A DNA stretch of 64,000 nucleotides from Eledone cirrhosa (lineage: Eukaryota). A program made the position numbers and the translations under genes. Of this stretch, positions 41,048 through 53,045 are shown piece after piece. The notes below the pieces were generated by a model that saw only the letters and a program-made list of their open reading frames with translations, did not search any database and was not told where the DNA came from. The number at the start of each line of letters is the position of its first letter. Within the stretch, counting starts at the first letter, position 1. Location: positions 298,654,001-298,718,000 of the forward strand of contig OZ024741.1 in assembly GCA_964016885.1 (NCBI GenBank), written 5' to 3'.

Positions 41048-42313
41048 ATGATGGACACACAATCCTCTATTTTAAAGGAAATAGAAAAACAATCTACAGA
41101 CGGAAAACTTATAACTGAACATATAAACTCTGAAATTAAGAATTTAGCTGAAATTATACCAACAGTTATCAAAGATACAAGAGAAAGCCTACCACAACCC
41201 CCTTGGATGTCAGAAATAAACGAAAGAAATTTGGAAAACAAAACACATCGAATAAGAAAAGAAATGTGGAAGACATGGAAAAAATTCCGTAACATAAGAA
41301 AACAACATTTCTGGAAAGCATACAGATGCGAAAAATATGTCGAAACACATTCGAAATGGCTCTCTCTATCGGCACCCATACTCCCTCGTAAATACCTAAT
41401 TACAGAAATTGCAGGAGAACCAAAAGAAGAAACAAAACTCCGATGGGAACTTACATTGACAAAATTCAGGACTGACATCTCCATTTCTGAATGTAAACAA
41501 TCCCGCTACAAAGCCAAATATGAAGCTATTGATGACCAAATTGAAGTTGAAATTTCAAAGCTAACGACTGGTATTATAGCTGAAAAACTACGAGAACTAT
41601 GGATCGGAGATATCTCAAAAGAAGAAAACAAATCAAGAAAGGTATGGCAGCAGAAACAATTATTTCTCGATGAATATGCTGCAAATTACGGTAAAGACTC
41701 TGGAACCCTGAGAAAAAGCATTAAAAGTGGACAATCTCATCAACACAACATACGCCAGAACACGTGCCAACACAAACACTCACCTTACCTTGAATCAAAG
41801 AAGAACTACGGTAATAACTCTTCGCTTTTTCTACAAAAACAGCCTATCGCACACAACATGAACAAAAAGCACAAACACGATAGGTATTCCTTTGACCAGA
41901 CCATGAGAAGTAGTAAAACCAGGAGATCATTCTCAAGATCTCAACAGAGACTACCAACAAGGAATGTGGAAACAAAACGTAGAATAACCAGATCACTCTC
42001 AAGATCTCAACAGAGATTGCCCACAAGAAACTGGACGAAAAAACGATCTAAACCTGAAAGCAAACCTAGGTCATTTTCCCAGATTGTTAAAAATAATGCT
42101 AACAGGAAGAAAAATAATATACAGAATACCAAAAATAGGACAAAATACATAACGAAACCAAATATAATATCACGACCAAAAGTTCATCAAGCGAACACCA
42201 ACAGGAATATAAATCCTGAACAGAGAAAAATTCATATTTTAACGTCAGGACAACAAAAACCGGAAAAAGAAAAACTCCAGGAGGAAACATACCCAAAACA
42301 GCTGTACACGTAG
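41048..42313 (+). CDS. PLE upstream ORF / long N-terminal extension (helical domain plus basic Arg/Ser/Lys region)
   Basis: 421 aa without stops; 22-aa duplication RS(F/L)SRSQQRLPTRN; overlaps the RT frame in -1. Confidence 0.65.
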   Translation: MMDTQSSILKEIEKQSTDGKLITEHINSEIKNLAEIIPTVIKDTRESLPQPPWMSEINERNLENKTHRIRKEMWKTWKKFRNIRKQHFWKAYRCEKYVETHSKWLSLSAPILPRKYLITEIAGEPKEETKLRWELTLTKFRTDISISECKQSRYKAKYEAIDDQIEVEISKLTTGIIAEKLRELWIGDISKEENKSRKVWQQKQLFLDEYAANYGKDSGTLRKSIKSGQSHQHNIRQNTCQHKHSPYLESKKNYGNNSSLFLQKQPIAHNMNKKHKHDRYSFDQTMRSSKTRRSFSRSQQRLPTRNVETKRRITRSLSRSQQRLPTRNWTKKRSKPESKPRSFSQIVKNNANRKKNNIQNTKNRTKYITKPNIISRPKVHQANTNRNINPEQRKIHILTSGQQKPEKEKLQEETYPKQLYT

Positions 42314-44547
42314 ATCCGAAAATAATTAATTTATCTAAAAGAGATCTTGACAATGATGAAATGCAAATTCTGTCAAAAGGACTGAAATTCACACCGACTC
42401 CAAGAGTCAACCACCAAGAACTGAAGGAGGATACCCAAGAATTCTGTCGAAAATTACGTCTTGTAGAATTCTTCGCTGATAAAAATAATGAGAGTGATGA
42501 ATCACTAGTAAAGAATAAATCAAATTTCACTCCGCCAAAAGGAAGAAATATCTATCTCGACCAATACATTGACATCCTGTCTAAATTTCCTCTTAGACAT
42601 AATACTAATGTTAGGCCAAACATTAACAAATCAGAAATGTCTGCACTTAAACGTATACAAAATGATAAAACAATAATAATTAAACAAGCAGATAAAGGGG
42701 GTGTAGTTGTTATAATGGATACTGAATACTACAAGGATTTGGTTGAGGAACAACTGAAAGACACAACATTCTATCATGAAATACCGTCAAATATAGACCA
42801 CAACATCATGAAGAAGATCAACAACCTGGCTTCAAAATACCACAACTCATTTACTGATAAGGAAAGAGACTACATCACCAAATTTGAGCCGAAACCCAGC
42901 AACCTGTATGGCTTACCGAAAGTTCACAAGTCAAAAGAAATACAACTGGCAGTAAGAGAACAAAACAGTGAGTACATTAAATTATTACACCCAAAAGACT
43001 TAAAACTTAGACCTATTATAGCTGGTCCAACATGCCCCACTCACCGTCTAAGCAATTTTGTTGACATTATTTTGAAACCACTATGTATTCACATACCCAG
43101 TTTCATCCGGGATGATATCGACTTCCTGTCCCATCTTCCCAAAACCACGGAAACGAATTCACTTCTACTCAGTTTTGATGTGGTAAGCCTTTACACCAAC
43201 ATTACACATGATTTAGGAATAAAGGCGGTTAAATACTGGGTGGAAAAACATAGAGAAGTGATTCCCATTAGATTCACAGCGCCATTTATATTAGACGCAG
43301 TTAAACTTATTCTGGAAAACAACACTTTCTTCTTCAATGGAAAGAATTACATCCAAATTAGAGGCACAGCGATGGGAACGAAGTTTGCTCCCGTTTACGC
43401 GAACTCTGTAATGGGATACTTAGAACAACAACTCTACCAAGAAATAGAGGAAAAATATAGTACTGACTTTAGAAAGTACATAGAAAAATCTTGGAAGAGA
43501 TACCTTGAAGACTGTTTCATCATCTGGACAGAATCTCTAGATACTCTGGATGAGTTCAATATCCTCCTGAATAACCTACACCCATCTCTCCAATTCACAA
43601 AAGAGATGAGTAGGACCAAATTACCATTCCTAGATATAATGATAATCAAAAACGACACCACCATTACCACGGATATATATTATAAACACACAGACACCCA
43701 TCAATATCTGAATTTTAAGTCGTGCCATCCACCTCATACAACACGCAACATCCCATACTGCCTAGCCAGAAGAATTTGTACCATTGTAGAAGATACGAAT
43801 ACCAGGTACAAACGCCTAACAGAACTAAGAGAATTTTTGCTCAAACAAAAATACCCATCTCTACTTATAGAAAATGGCATACAGCGGGCTATAAAAATAC
43901 CTATACAACAACTTAGAACAACCCAAGGAAGAAGAAACCAAGAACTGGTCATACCATTTATAATGACACACAACCCATGTCACCATAATATCTTCAACAC
44001 TGCCAAAGCAAACCTACCGATCATTGTTCAAAGTAATGAATTAAAAGGCTTAATCACAGATCGATCTTTGACACTTAGTAAAAGACAGCCAAAAAATTTG
44101 AAGTAATTGCTAACAAAAGCAAAGTTTGACCTTAACAACAAAGACCAATCATTCACCGTATCTAAATGCAATGATAATCGATGCGGCACATGTCAATCCA
44201 TACACGCCGGTCAATATATGAAAACAAAAACTGGAAAAATATTCCCAAATGCAAATATGAACTGCAAAAGCAGAAATCTAATTTACTGCATTAAATGCCC
44301 GAATTGTGAAGAACTATATGTCGGTCAAACTGGAAATGCACTATCGGAACGTGCACGGGTACACCGTCAACAAATCAGAGACCCAAATGTCCGTCAGATA
44401 CCCCTAAGCGGCCACCTGGCAACATGTGTTCAGGGAATATTTATAATATTCCCATTCTACAAATTACACAGCCCAAGTGAAATCAAGAGAAAAATCAAAG
44501 AAAAGAATTTTATTGATAAATTCAAACCCAAGCTAAATGAACAATAA
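42220..44547 (+). pseudogene. PLE RT + GIY-YIG endonuclease
   Basis: IINLS..ILSKGLKFTPTP, KQADKGG, YGLPKVHK, RPII, SFDVVSLYTNI, GTAMGT, RYLEDC (catalytic D to E), LPFLD; in-frame TAA at 44104; CNDNRCGTC..NLIYCIKCPNC..YVGQT..R..H..PKLN. Confidence 0.93.
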
Positions 44548-44711
44548 TAACGCCTCGGGGTATTACTTCTACTACCACTATGACCACGACCACTAACAAC
44601 AACAACAACAACAATAATAATAATAATAATAAAAGTGATGTTGATGGTGATGATTAATAGAAAATGCTATTTTCATCAAAAAGCAAAACAATTGATATGT
44701 TGGATATGACT

Positions 44712-44856
44712 ATTGGTCGTTAGCATGCTCAACCAGCCGTGACGCTTAAACCAATCAGCTGTATTAATTCAGTGAAACTACACACTGATTGGTCGAAATG
44801 CAGTTTACAGGGCTTTGCATTCTGGAGCCACTTTTCTCTGTATAAAATGTATAAAA
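44712..44856 (+). promoter_or_regulatory. Putative pLTR Pol II promoter
   Basis: CCAAT boxes at 44712 (rev), 44751 and 44788 (rev); TATAAAA at 44841 and 44850; about 65 nt upstream of the HHR. Confidence 0.5.
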
Positions 44857-44919
44857 GGTAGGAAATTTACCCATCTCATTACAGTTGAAAATTGCAAACT
44901 CGACTGTCACCACATATCA

Positions 44920-44958
44920 TGAACCTGAAGATTGCGAAAGCATGAAAGTACTTGTTCA
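44920..44958 (+). ncRNA. Minimal type I hammerhead ribozyme
   Basis: TGAAC-CTGAAGA-T-TGC-GAAA-GCA-T-GAAA-GTAC-TT-GTTCA; palindromic stem III. Confidence 0.8.
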
Positions 44959-45066
44959 ATTAACACTTAGAATTTAATATTCTATCATACTATTTCATTA
45001 TAATACCATTATATATATTTTAAAGGATTGTAAATAAAACGAGTAAATCAGACAAAGTTGGAATTC

Positions 45067-45110
<44 letters not shown>

Positions 45111-45374
45111 CACCAACTTCATGACGATTTCTCACGAATGAATCACTTCTAGTCCTGTAGAAGCTCTTATATATATATATATATATTGTCAAAGATTTCC
45201 TGAGTCGGTGTTTTTCGTTGTTCTGGTCCTAGCGGCTCGCATTTCGGTCGGTGTCTTCAATTTGCATAGCTGTCTAAACGTAAGGTAAAATTCTTTATTT
45301 TGTGCTTTTGGCTGCACTTCCCGACTACATTCGTTAACTTGCCCGCAACCAGAGCTTCGATTATGCTACCTTCT

Positions 45375-45456
<82 letters not shown>

Positions 45457-45490
45457 TTACAATAATCAAAGTTCAGTTTAAATCATTTAT

Positions 45491-45539
45491 TTGCTTACAA
45501 TTGTTTCCTCCAAACCGAGGTTTGGATTCTTCGGAGCAA
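45491..45539 (-). ncRNA. Hammerhead-like motif, CCGAAGA core
   Basis: TTGCT-CCGAAGA-A-TCCAAAC/GTTTGGA-G-GAAA-CAATTG-TA-AGCAA. Confidence 0.7.
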
Positions 45540-45663
45540 TTATTTAGTGATCTATAACATACTTGACCTCCTTTTCAACACAAGAGACATATACAAACAT
45601 ATGCATATATTGACCCACAGTGGGATGACATCCATGAAAATGATATAGCAGGGCAATTTACAT

Positions 45664-45860
45664 ATAAAAATAAAAATAAAAATAAAAATAAAAATAAAAA
45701 TAAAAATAAAAATAAAAATAAAAATAAAAATAAAAATAAAAATAAAAATAAAAATAAAAATAAAAATAAAAATAAAAATAAAAATAAAAATAAAAATAAA
45801 AATAAAAATAAAAATTAAAATAAAAATAAAAATAAAAATAAAAATAAAAATAAAAATAAA

Positions 45861-45891
<31 letters not shown>

Positions 45892-45981
45892 TAAAAATAA
45901 AAATAAAAATAAAAATAAAAGTAAAAGTAAAAGTAAAAATAAAAATAAAAATAAAAATAAAAATAAAAATAAAAATAAAAA
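45664..45981. repeat. (TAAAAA)n microsatellite, about 53 units
   Basis: Directly visible. Confidence 0.97.
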
Positions 45982-46505
45982 TGAAACATTGGCAGTTTAT
46001 GAAGATAAAGCAAGAGGAAAGTTTAGAGTATTCAGTGTATGAAACAATCTCACGTGTAGCATGCACGCGTGTCTTATTTATACAGGATTAGAGTGCGGCA
46101 GATTGTTACTTGTAGGATCAGGCAGTTAAAGCATGCAATCAATAGTATTATGTGGGCTGTTTGGAGGAAACAATTGTAAGCAAATAAATGATTTAAACTG
46201 AACTTTGATTATTGTAATCTCTATATAACTGCTCTGTAAAACAACCGATGTTATTACATTGAGCTATTTATCTTACTGGTAATGAATGACTATCTTTCAC
46301 TATTTGGGGTTTATATATAAAAAATATATAACCATAAAAGGTTTTATTATATACATAACCATAAATAGTATCCTTAATACTATATATATATATATATATA
46401 AATGTATATATAGTGTATTTTGCAATACACTGTATGCTTAATTAAAAGCATTTCGAAGACCTTATGCTATTGTTTTAGAGTAGTGACAGTCTCACTTACT
46501 TTAAA

Positions 46506-46600
46506 TTTTCAGCAAACAGGGGAAGATAAAGTCTGACAGAGCTCTGTTTCGTACTTTTTGGTACTTATCAAAGCTAAGTACTCCACCTGTTCGCTGAAAA
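46506..46600 (-). ncRNA. Type I hammerhead with U3:A8 core and extended stem I
   Basis: TTTTCAGCGAACAGG..AGCT-TTGATAA-GTAC/GTAC-GAAA-CAGAGCTCTG-TC-AG..CCTGTTTGCTGAAAA. Confidence 0.75.
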
Positions 46601-46822
46601 TCATGAATGTTTGATTCTTATAGAATTTCTAGTAATAATCAGGAACTGATTTTACAGAGCGGTTGCCGGTCAAGCAGAAATTGAAAATTAGAATTGGCGC
46701 TCTGAAATAGCGATATATATATGAATGTATATATAATGTATTTTGCAATACACTGTATGCTTAATTAAAAGCATTTCGAAGACCTTATGCTATTGTTTTA
46801 GAGTAGTGACAGTCCCACTTAC

Positions 46823-46914
46823 TTTAGCGAGCAGGTGGAGTACTTGGCTTTGATAGGTACCAATCAGTACGAAACATAGCTCTGTCAGCTTTATCTCCCC
46901 CTGTTTGCTGAAAA
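46823..46914 (+). ncRNA. Second copy of the U3:A8 hammerhead (A9 changed to G)
   Basis: GGCT-TTGATAG(46850)-GTAC/GTAC-GAAA(46871)-CATAGCTCTG-TC-AGCT. Confidence 0.6.
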
Positions 46915-46930
46915 TTTAAAGTAAGAAGCT

Positions 46931-46996
46931 TGTGTGCAGAGAAATATTAAAAATGAGAAGCAAATGCTTCTCATTTTTAATATTTCTCTGCACACA
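46931..46996. repeat. Perfect inverted repeat: 32-bp arms, 2-nt loop
   Basis: TGTGTGCAGAGAAATATTAAAAATGAGAAGCA-aa-TGCTTCTCATTTTTAATATTTCTCTGCACACA. Confidence 0.97.
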
Positions 46997-47461
<465 letters not shown>

Positions 47462-47524
47462 GTATATGCATACACGCACACATATATATATATAGATAAA
47501 ATTAGAAAACATAATACGTATATG

Positions 47525-47588
<64 letters not shown>

Positions 47589-47594
47589 TATTAC

Positions 47595-47857
47595 GATACT
47601 AGGCTAATCCTTGTAAGGCCGCGAGTTCGACTCGCGGATGGGGCCGAGCGTTACTTCCTTGAGCAAGACACTAGATTTCATGTTGCTTCAGTCCACTGAG
47701 CTGGCAAAAATGAGTTACTTGTAATTGGGTCAAGCTTGACATGAAGCGTGTACGTGATTGTGGAATGTTTAGGCACTTACACATTAATTTAACGAGCAGA
47801 GAGTTCGGTTGATTGAATTAATTGGTGTACTCGCCATTAGAAAATGACGGAGTTACA
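47595..47857 (+). mobile_element. SINE family C
   Basis: GAGTTCGACTC B-box, TCCTTGAGCAAGACAC, CTGGCAAAAATGAGTT. Confidence 0.7.
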
Positions 47858-48010
47858 ATAACACATACACACATACACATATATATCAGTACGATATATA
47901 TATATATATATCACATAAGAAACGGAGAATCAGTGGTGCAATCTGCTATATAAAAGTATCGAATGCTCAAACGGCCTACCGCATACAGACGCTTTAAGCA
48001 TCCCACACCG

Positions 48011-48075
<65 letters not shown>

Positions 48076-48105
48076 AATATATATGTATTATATAAATATA
48101 TATAC

Positions 48106-48142
<37 letters not shown>

Positions 48143-48147
<5 letters not shown>

Positions 48148-50647
48148 TCAGGTTATCAATAATGTAGTGATAATATATCGTTACGTTAGAGATGAACAGC
48201 GTACGTGCAGGTTTGCTCAACGAGTATAAATTATATTCCGGAGAAAATGTAGAAAGGATGAATATAAAATGAATGTGCTTTTTTTAAAAAGGAATTTATT
48301 AGGTATTGACATATGTTTCTGTAACAGACGGAATACCTATGTATCGCTGCTTGCGTAATCATATAATGTTAGCAATTATTCGATTGCAAATGTATAATCA
48401 GTTGTCACTTCTTCAGAGATTTTGGATAAATTGGATAAAATCAGAAAAATTGAAGTATTTATATTAGTAATAGAGGAAGAAAACGGGGGGATAGTATATG
48501 ACAGATGGTAAATTAATTTACTGCTAAACAAGTATATAATGGGTTTCTAATGAGAATACCATGAGTAAATCTAAATAAGAATTTTGGGAGTGCCAATTTT
48601 AATCTCTACTTGACCAATTGGACAGTGGACAGGGCTGGTCATTTGGTGCAGTAGTATTAATTATAAAGTGTCAATTGGGGAAGGGGGAGATTTCGATTAC
48701 TACTAAATAACATCAATGCTAGTAGCCAGCTGGTATATGCATTAGGGAATTGAATCAAGAAATCAGAAATCTCATTTTATCTATAGCAGTTTGTATTAAA
48801 AGGTAAATAATAGAAGAGTTGATAGAATTAAGACTAATAAAGAATGTTAATATCTATTTTGACAATCAAACGGAGATAGACAGGCGTTCAATCCTGGTAG
48901 TATTTATAATATGAAAATGTAGATTTTAAGCGATGGTTACAGTATAATGATCGCTCTATTCTGTTATTTAATAAAATGTTTTTGGATTTCATAATACAAA
49001 ATAATTCTACATTACATAATTTACAAAATTCCTGTCCATGGGTATATGGGGGGGGGGGGGGGGGGGGGGGGGGCAGCCGCTATTATATCCCATTTTAGGT
49101 GAAATTGTTGGTTATTTTCACGCAGCTGCCAAGCCTTGTCTGCGAGTGTTGTTACATAACGCTGGTTTTCATGTTTTATCGAGTAACGATGTCTATAAAG
49201 GCGTGATTTGAAGGAGGTGGCTGTAGATCCCACATAGTACCACTTCTGTCTATCCGATTCGATAGTGCATTTGTATATGATGTTGCGTTCAAGACACTGG
49301 TTGTTCAACGGACACATTCCTGGTTGGACACAGTTGCAATTATAATTTTGCGTTGTTGTATTGCCATGGATGGGTTGATGAGGTTGCTTATGTAGGACAG
49401 GATGTTGTTTGTTGTTTTGTGATGTTATAGCTAATGTTTTACGTGCATTGTTATGTGTTGGAAGGTGTTTATACAACCGTTTTGCGTTAAGCTTTTTTAT
49501 ATGTTGTTCAATATTAGGGGCGGTTGAATATGAAAGTCGAATAGTGTTAGGGTTTAAGATTTTATTATATTTATGTGATGTTGGAAAGTGTTTTTTAACA
49601 AATCGAAAGAATTTTGAGGGTAGATTGGTTTTAATAGAGTTGTTATAGACCAGGTTGTACCAAATCTACAGCCGGGTTGTACCAGATCTACAGCCACCTC
49701 CTTCAAATCACGCCTTTATAGACATCGTTACTCGATAAAACATGAAAACCAGCATTATGTAACAACACTCGCAGACAAGGCTTGGCAGCTGCGTGAAAAT
49801 AACCAACAATTTAACCTAAAATGGGATATAATAGCGGCTGCCCCCCCCCCCCATATACCCATGGACAGGAATTTTGTAAATTATGTAATGTAGAATTATT
49901 TTGTATTATGAAATCCAAAAATATTTTATTAAATAACAGAATAGAGCGATCGTTATACTGTAACCATCGCTTAAAATCTACATTTTCATATTATAAATAC
50001 TACCAGGATTGAACGCCTGTCTCTATCTCCGTTTGATTGTCAAAATAGATATTAACATTCTTTATTAGTCTTAATTCTATCAACTCTTCTATTATTTACC
50101 TTTTAATACAAACTGCTATAGATAAAATGAGATTTCTGATTTCTTGATTCAATTCCCTAATGCATATACCAGCTGGCTACTAGCATTGATGTTATTTAGT
50201 AGCAATCGAAATCTCCCCCTTCCCCAATTGACACTTTATAATTAATACTACTGCACCAAATGACCAGCCCTGTCCACTGTCCAATTGGTCAAGTAGAGAT
50301 TAAAATTGGCACTCCCAAAATTCTTATTTAGATTTACTCATGGTATTCTCATTAGAAACCCATTATATACTTGTTTAGCAGTAAATTAATTTACCATCTG
50401 TCATATACTATCCCCCCGTTTTCTTCCTCTATTACTAATATAAATACTTCAATTTTTCTGATTTTATCCAATTTATCCAAAATCTCTGAAGAAGTGACAA
50501 CTGATTATACATTTGCTATCGAATACTTGCTAACATTATATGATTACGCAAGCAGCGATACATAGGTATTCCGTCTGTTACAGAAACATATGTCAATACC
50601 TAATAAATTCCTTTTTAAAAAAAGCACTTTCATTTTATATTCATCCT

Positions 50648-50650
<3 letters not shown>
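48143..50650 (-). mobile_element. Second insertion of the 27-30 kb PLE family: 1.5-kb minus arm plus 1.0-kb inverted arm
   Basis: 48143-49662 carries GIY-YIG and UTR on minus; 49685-50650 is plus; (TA)n on both sides. Confidence 0.92.
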
Positions 50651-50690
<40 letters not shown>

Positions 50691-50829
50691 GGTTTGAAGG
50701 TTCACCACTGTATAGATCTGGTCAATTCCGTATGGTCAATCTTGATGTAATAATATGGAGAGTACTCAACGTAAAGCAGTTCAACCGTCTTCGTTTGTGT
50801 AGTTGGTGGTGCGAATACGGAGTTAAATA

Positions 50830-50960
50830 TTATAATAAAATAACAGGGGGCTGGACTTGTGTACATACTTGAATGGTTTATTATACTATGATCATTTCAA
50901 CGACCGGGTTCCGTATGAATCCGGTGATATCATCACCAGCTTCCTGTTATTTTATTATAA
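50830..50960 (-). ncRNA. Degenerate type I hammerhead with an about 24-bp stem I
   Basis: TTATAATAAAATAACAGGAAGCTG-GTGATGA-..ACCGG/CCGGT..-GAAA-..GTC-CAGCCCCCTGTTATTTTATTATAA. Confidence 0.55.
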
Positions 50961-50961
50961 T

Positions 50962-50992
<31 letters not shown>

Positions 50993-50994
50993 AA

Positions 50995-52235
50995 TATAAA
51001 TTCAGCGAGAGTCGTATTTCGGCGGGTAGAAAAAGCGAAACGAAACGCAAAATCGTAGATATGCTGGCAAGCGCTCCAATAGTTAAAAAAACTAGAGCTA
51101 AACAATATGTTAAAACGCCATACAAACTGAAAAAGTGGTCAAGAAGGCATTAACCACCTAAGCCAAAAAACAAATCAAGCTTAAACAGGTCAAACAAAAT
51201 AAATGATAAAAACAGACCTGGACCCTAATGGAATTGTTGGTAAAATCCAAATGCAGGGTTTCTATGACACCTAAATCAATAATACTGTCTGCTTAAAACT
51301 ATAAGCTTTTGGTATAATGATCGAACAAGGAATATCACGTTATCAACAGGTATTTTGCTCTGCAACCAACTTTATGAATGACGTAGAACTTTGTAAAAGC
51401 ACATGTGTAATTCACAAGGGGAAAACCCCCAGATTTTGGCAAATGAATTCAGTATGTGTATATTATGCAAAGAATTGCATAGATAGCGCAAATCGAATAA
51501 GCACTCAACCGGGTAGTTTTTAAAATAAACTTATGCAATTAATCTGTCAATAGAATTATTAACAGGTTAATTGTAAGACTCGGGAGATTAATAAAATATA
51601 AATTCAGCGATACGTATATGTATTATATTATCATGTTTTGTGTTGGTTTGAATGCTTACATCTCTAGTATGTTACGCCTTATTTGTATTCCTGTAAAATA
51701 TGTGGAATGTATAATTTTCTCTATATCATGAGGCCTCAAATATGGTTTCTGTTGAACTGCCTCCTTTGAGAATAATTTATTATTTAAGGTGTTTTGTGTT
51801 GAGATTGTAGCTTTGTTTATTCTATCATTGAAACATAGATGTAGCGTGTGTTGATGAAGCTTTGTGTTGTTTTGGAGTCTGTTTAAATATTTTCTTCTGT
51901 GTATTTGCAACGTGTAAAATGTATTAATGTTTGTAGATGGTGATTTGAAAAGGAAATAATGGCGAAATTTCGAGTTTTGCTTGTTGTTTTGTGATTTACG
52001 ATTCGTTTGTCATCCTACGTTTTAGTGTTTTATGTTGTATGTTTTGTGTTTTTATGTGTGAGCAATAATCTGGGGTGTAATTTCCTCCTCAAATTTTGTC
52101 GATATGATTCGTGTAGAATAATCGCTTATAGGTTTCTTCAAATCATGATTTTAAAACGTTTGTTTGTCTATTTGTTTCTGTGTGTACAACATTTATCGTT
52201 TGATCGACGTTTCATACGAGACCATCTCACCCTCC
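50995..52235 (-). mobile_element. Old, heavily decayed PLE 3' fragment
   Basis: Scattered GIY-YIG-like peptide traces across frames, A/C-rich sense strand, ends at (TA)n. Confidence 0.35.
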
Positions 52236-52239
52236 TTTT

Positions 52240-53045
52240 GTACATGTGTTTCAGATTCAGCAATTCAGTATATATTTAACTCGACAGAAAGTGGTCTCCG
52301 ACTTGCACTCAATAGGTTTGATGCTGAGTACTGCATAGCTGAAATAAAAATCAGTGCTGAGAAACTGAAACACACGTCCCCTCAAGGAAGTCTGCGCAGT
52401 GCACTCTATATCTGAATGGAGTTCTGAAGCAGGTGGAGAAGTTTCAATATCACGGAGTCGTGTTCACGAGTGATGGAAGGCAGGAGGCTGAATTAAGTGC
52501 AATAATTGCAGGAGCTGGTGCAGCAATGCATCAACTTCAACATTCGGTAATCAGAAGAAGGGATGTAGATGTAAAAACCAAACTCTTTATCTTCAATTTG
52601 GTTTTCGTTCCAACCCTTACCTATCGTCATGAATCTTGGGTAATGACCGAAAGAAAACGATCGCGAACACAAGCGGCTGAAATGGGTTCTTCCGAAAGGT
52701 CTTTGGAGTCACGTAACGTTACAGAGTGTGTAGCTCGGAGGTCAGAGAGTCACTCCAGGTAGAGCCAATACGTATCCGAATTGAGAGATCATAATTCCGA
52801 TACAGCGGGTATGTGGTTAGAATGTCTCAAGAATGAATCTTGGGAAGATTTTACGGGCAAAAGCGACAGGAGACCCAGAGGTAGACCCCAAGCAAGATGG
52901 TTGGAGAGCATCCATGAGATTGGCTGGTCACGCTTGAGGATCTAGCTGGATCAGTTAGAGACGGTTGCTTCTGACAGGATCCGCTGGAAGGAGTGTTTGA
53001 AGCCTCTGCTCCCACGACCCCCTCAGGAATAAGTGCGTAAAGGAG
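52240..53045 (+). mobile_element. RTE-clade LINE 3' fragment
   Basis: VEKFQYHGVVFTSDG..KTKLFIFNLVFVPTLTY.HESWVMTER..QAAEM..RPRGRP..RW. Confidence 0.85.

Larger units (their letters stand above)
41021..45071 (+). mobile_element. Neptune-type PLE, near full length
   Basis: Upstream ORF, DKG/RT, Cys-rich GIY-YIG and a 3' pLTR with HHR, ending at (TA)n. Confidence 0.93.
45452..46222 (-). mobile_element. PLE pLTR (minus arm) plus short inverted arm 46159-46222
   Basis: Homologous to 46997-47330; 45452-45514 is the reverse complement of 46159-46222. Confidence 0.75.
46400..46925. mobile_element. Two pLTR 3' ends; the HHR segment of the second is inverted
   Basis: 46400-46503 is a direct repeat of 46725-46824; 46496-46597 is an inverted repeat of 46824-46925. 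Confidence 0.75.

Noticed and set aside
42361-44106. Active RT gene or telomerase
   Set aside because: PLE architecture with GIY-YIG; the catalytic motif reads YLED and an in-frame TAA precedes the endonuclease
45240-45265. Hammerhead-like TTGAAGA..GAAA on the minus strand
   Set aside because: No credible stem I or stem II
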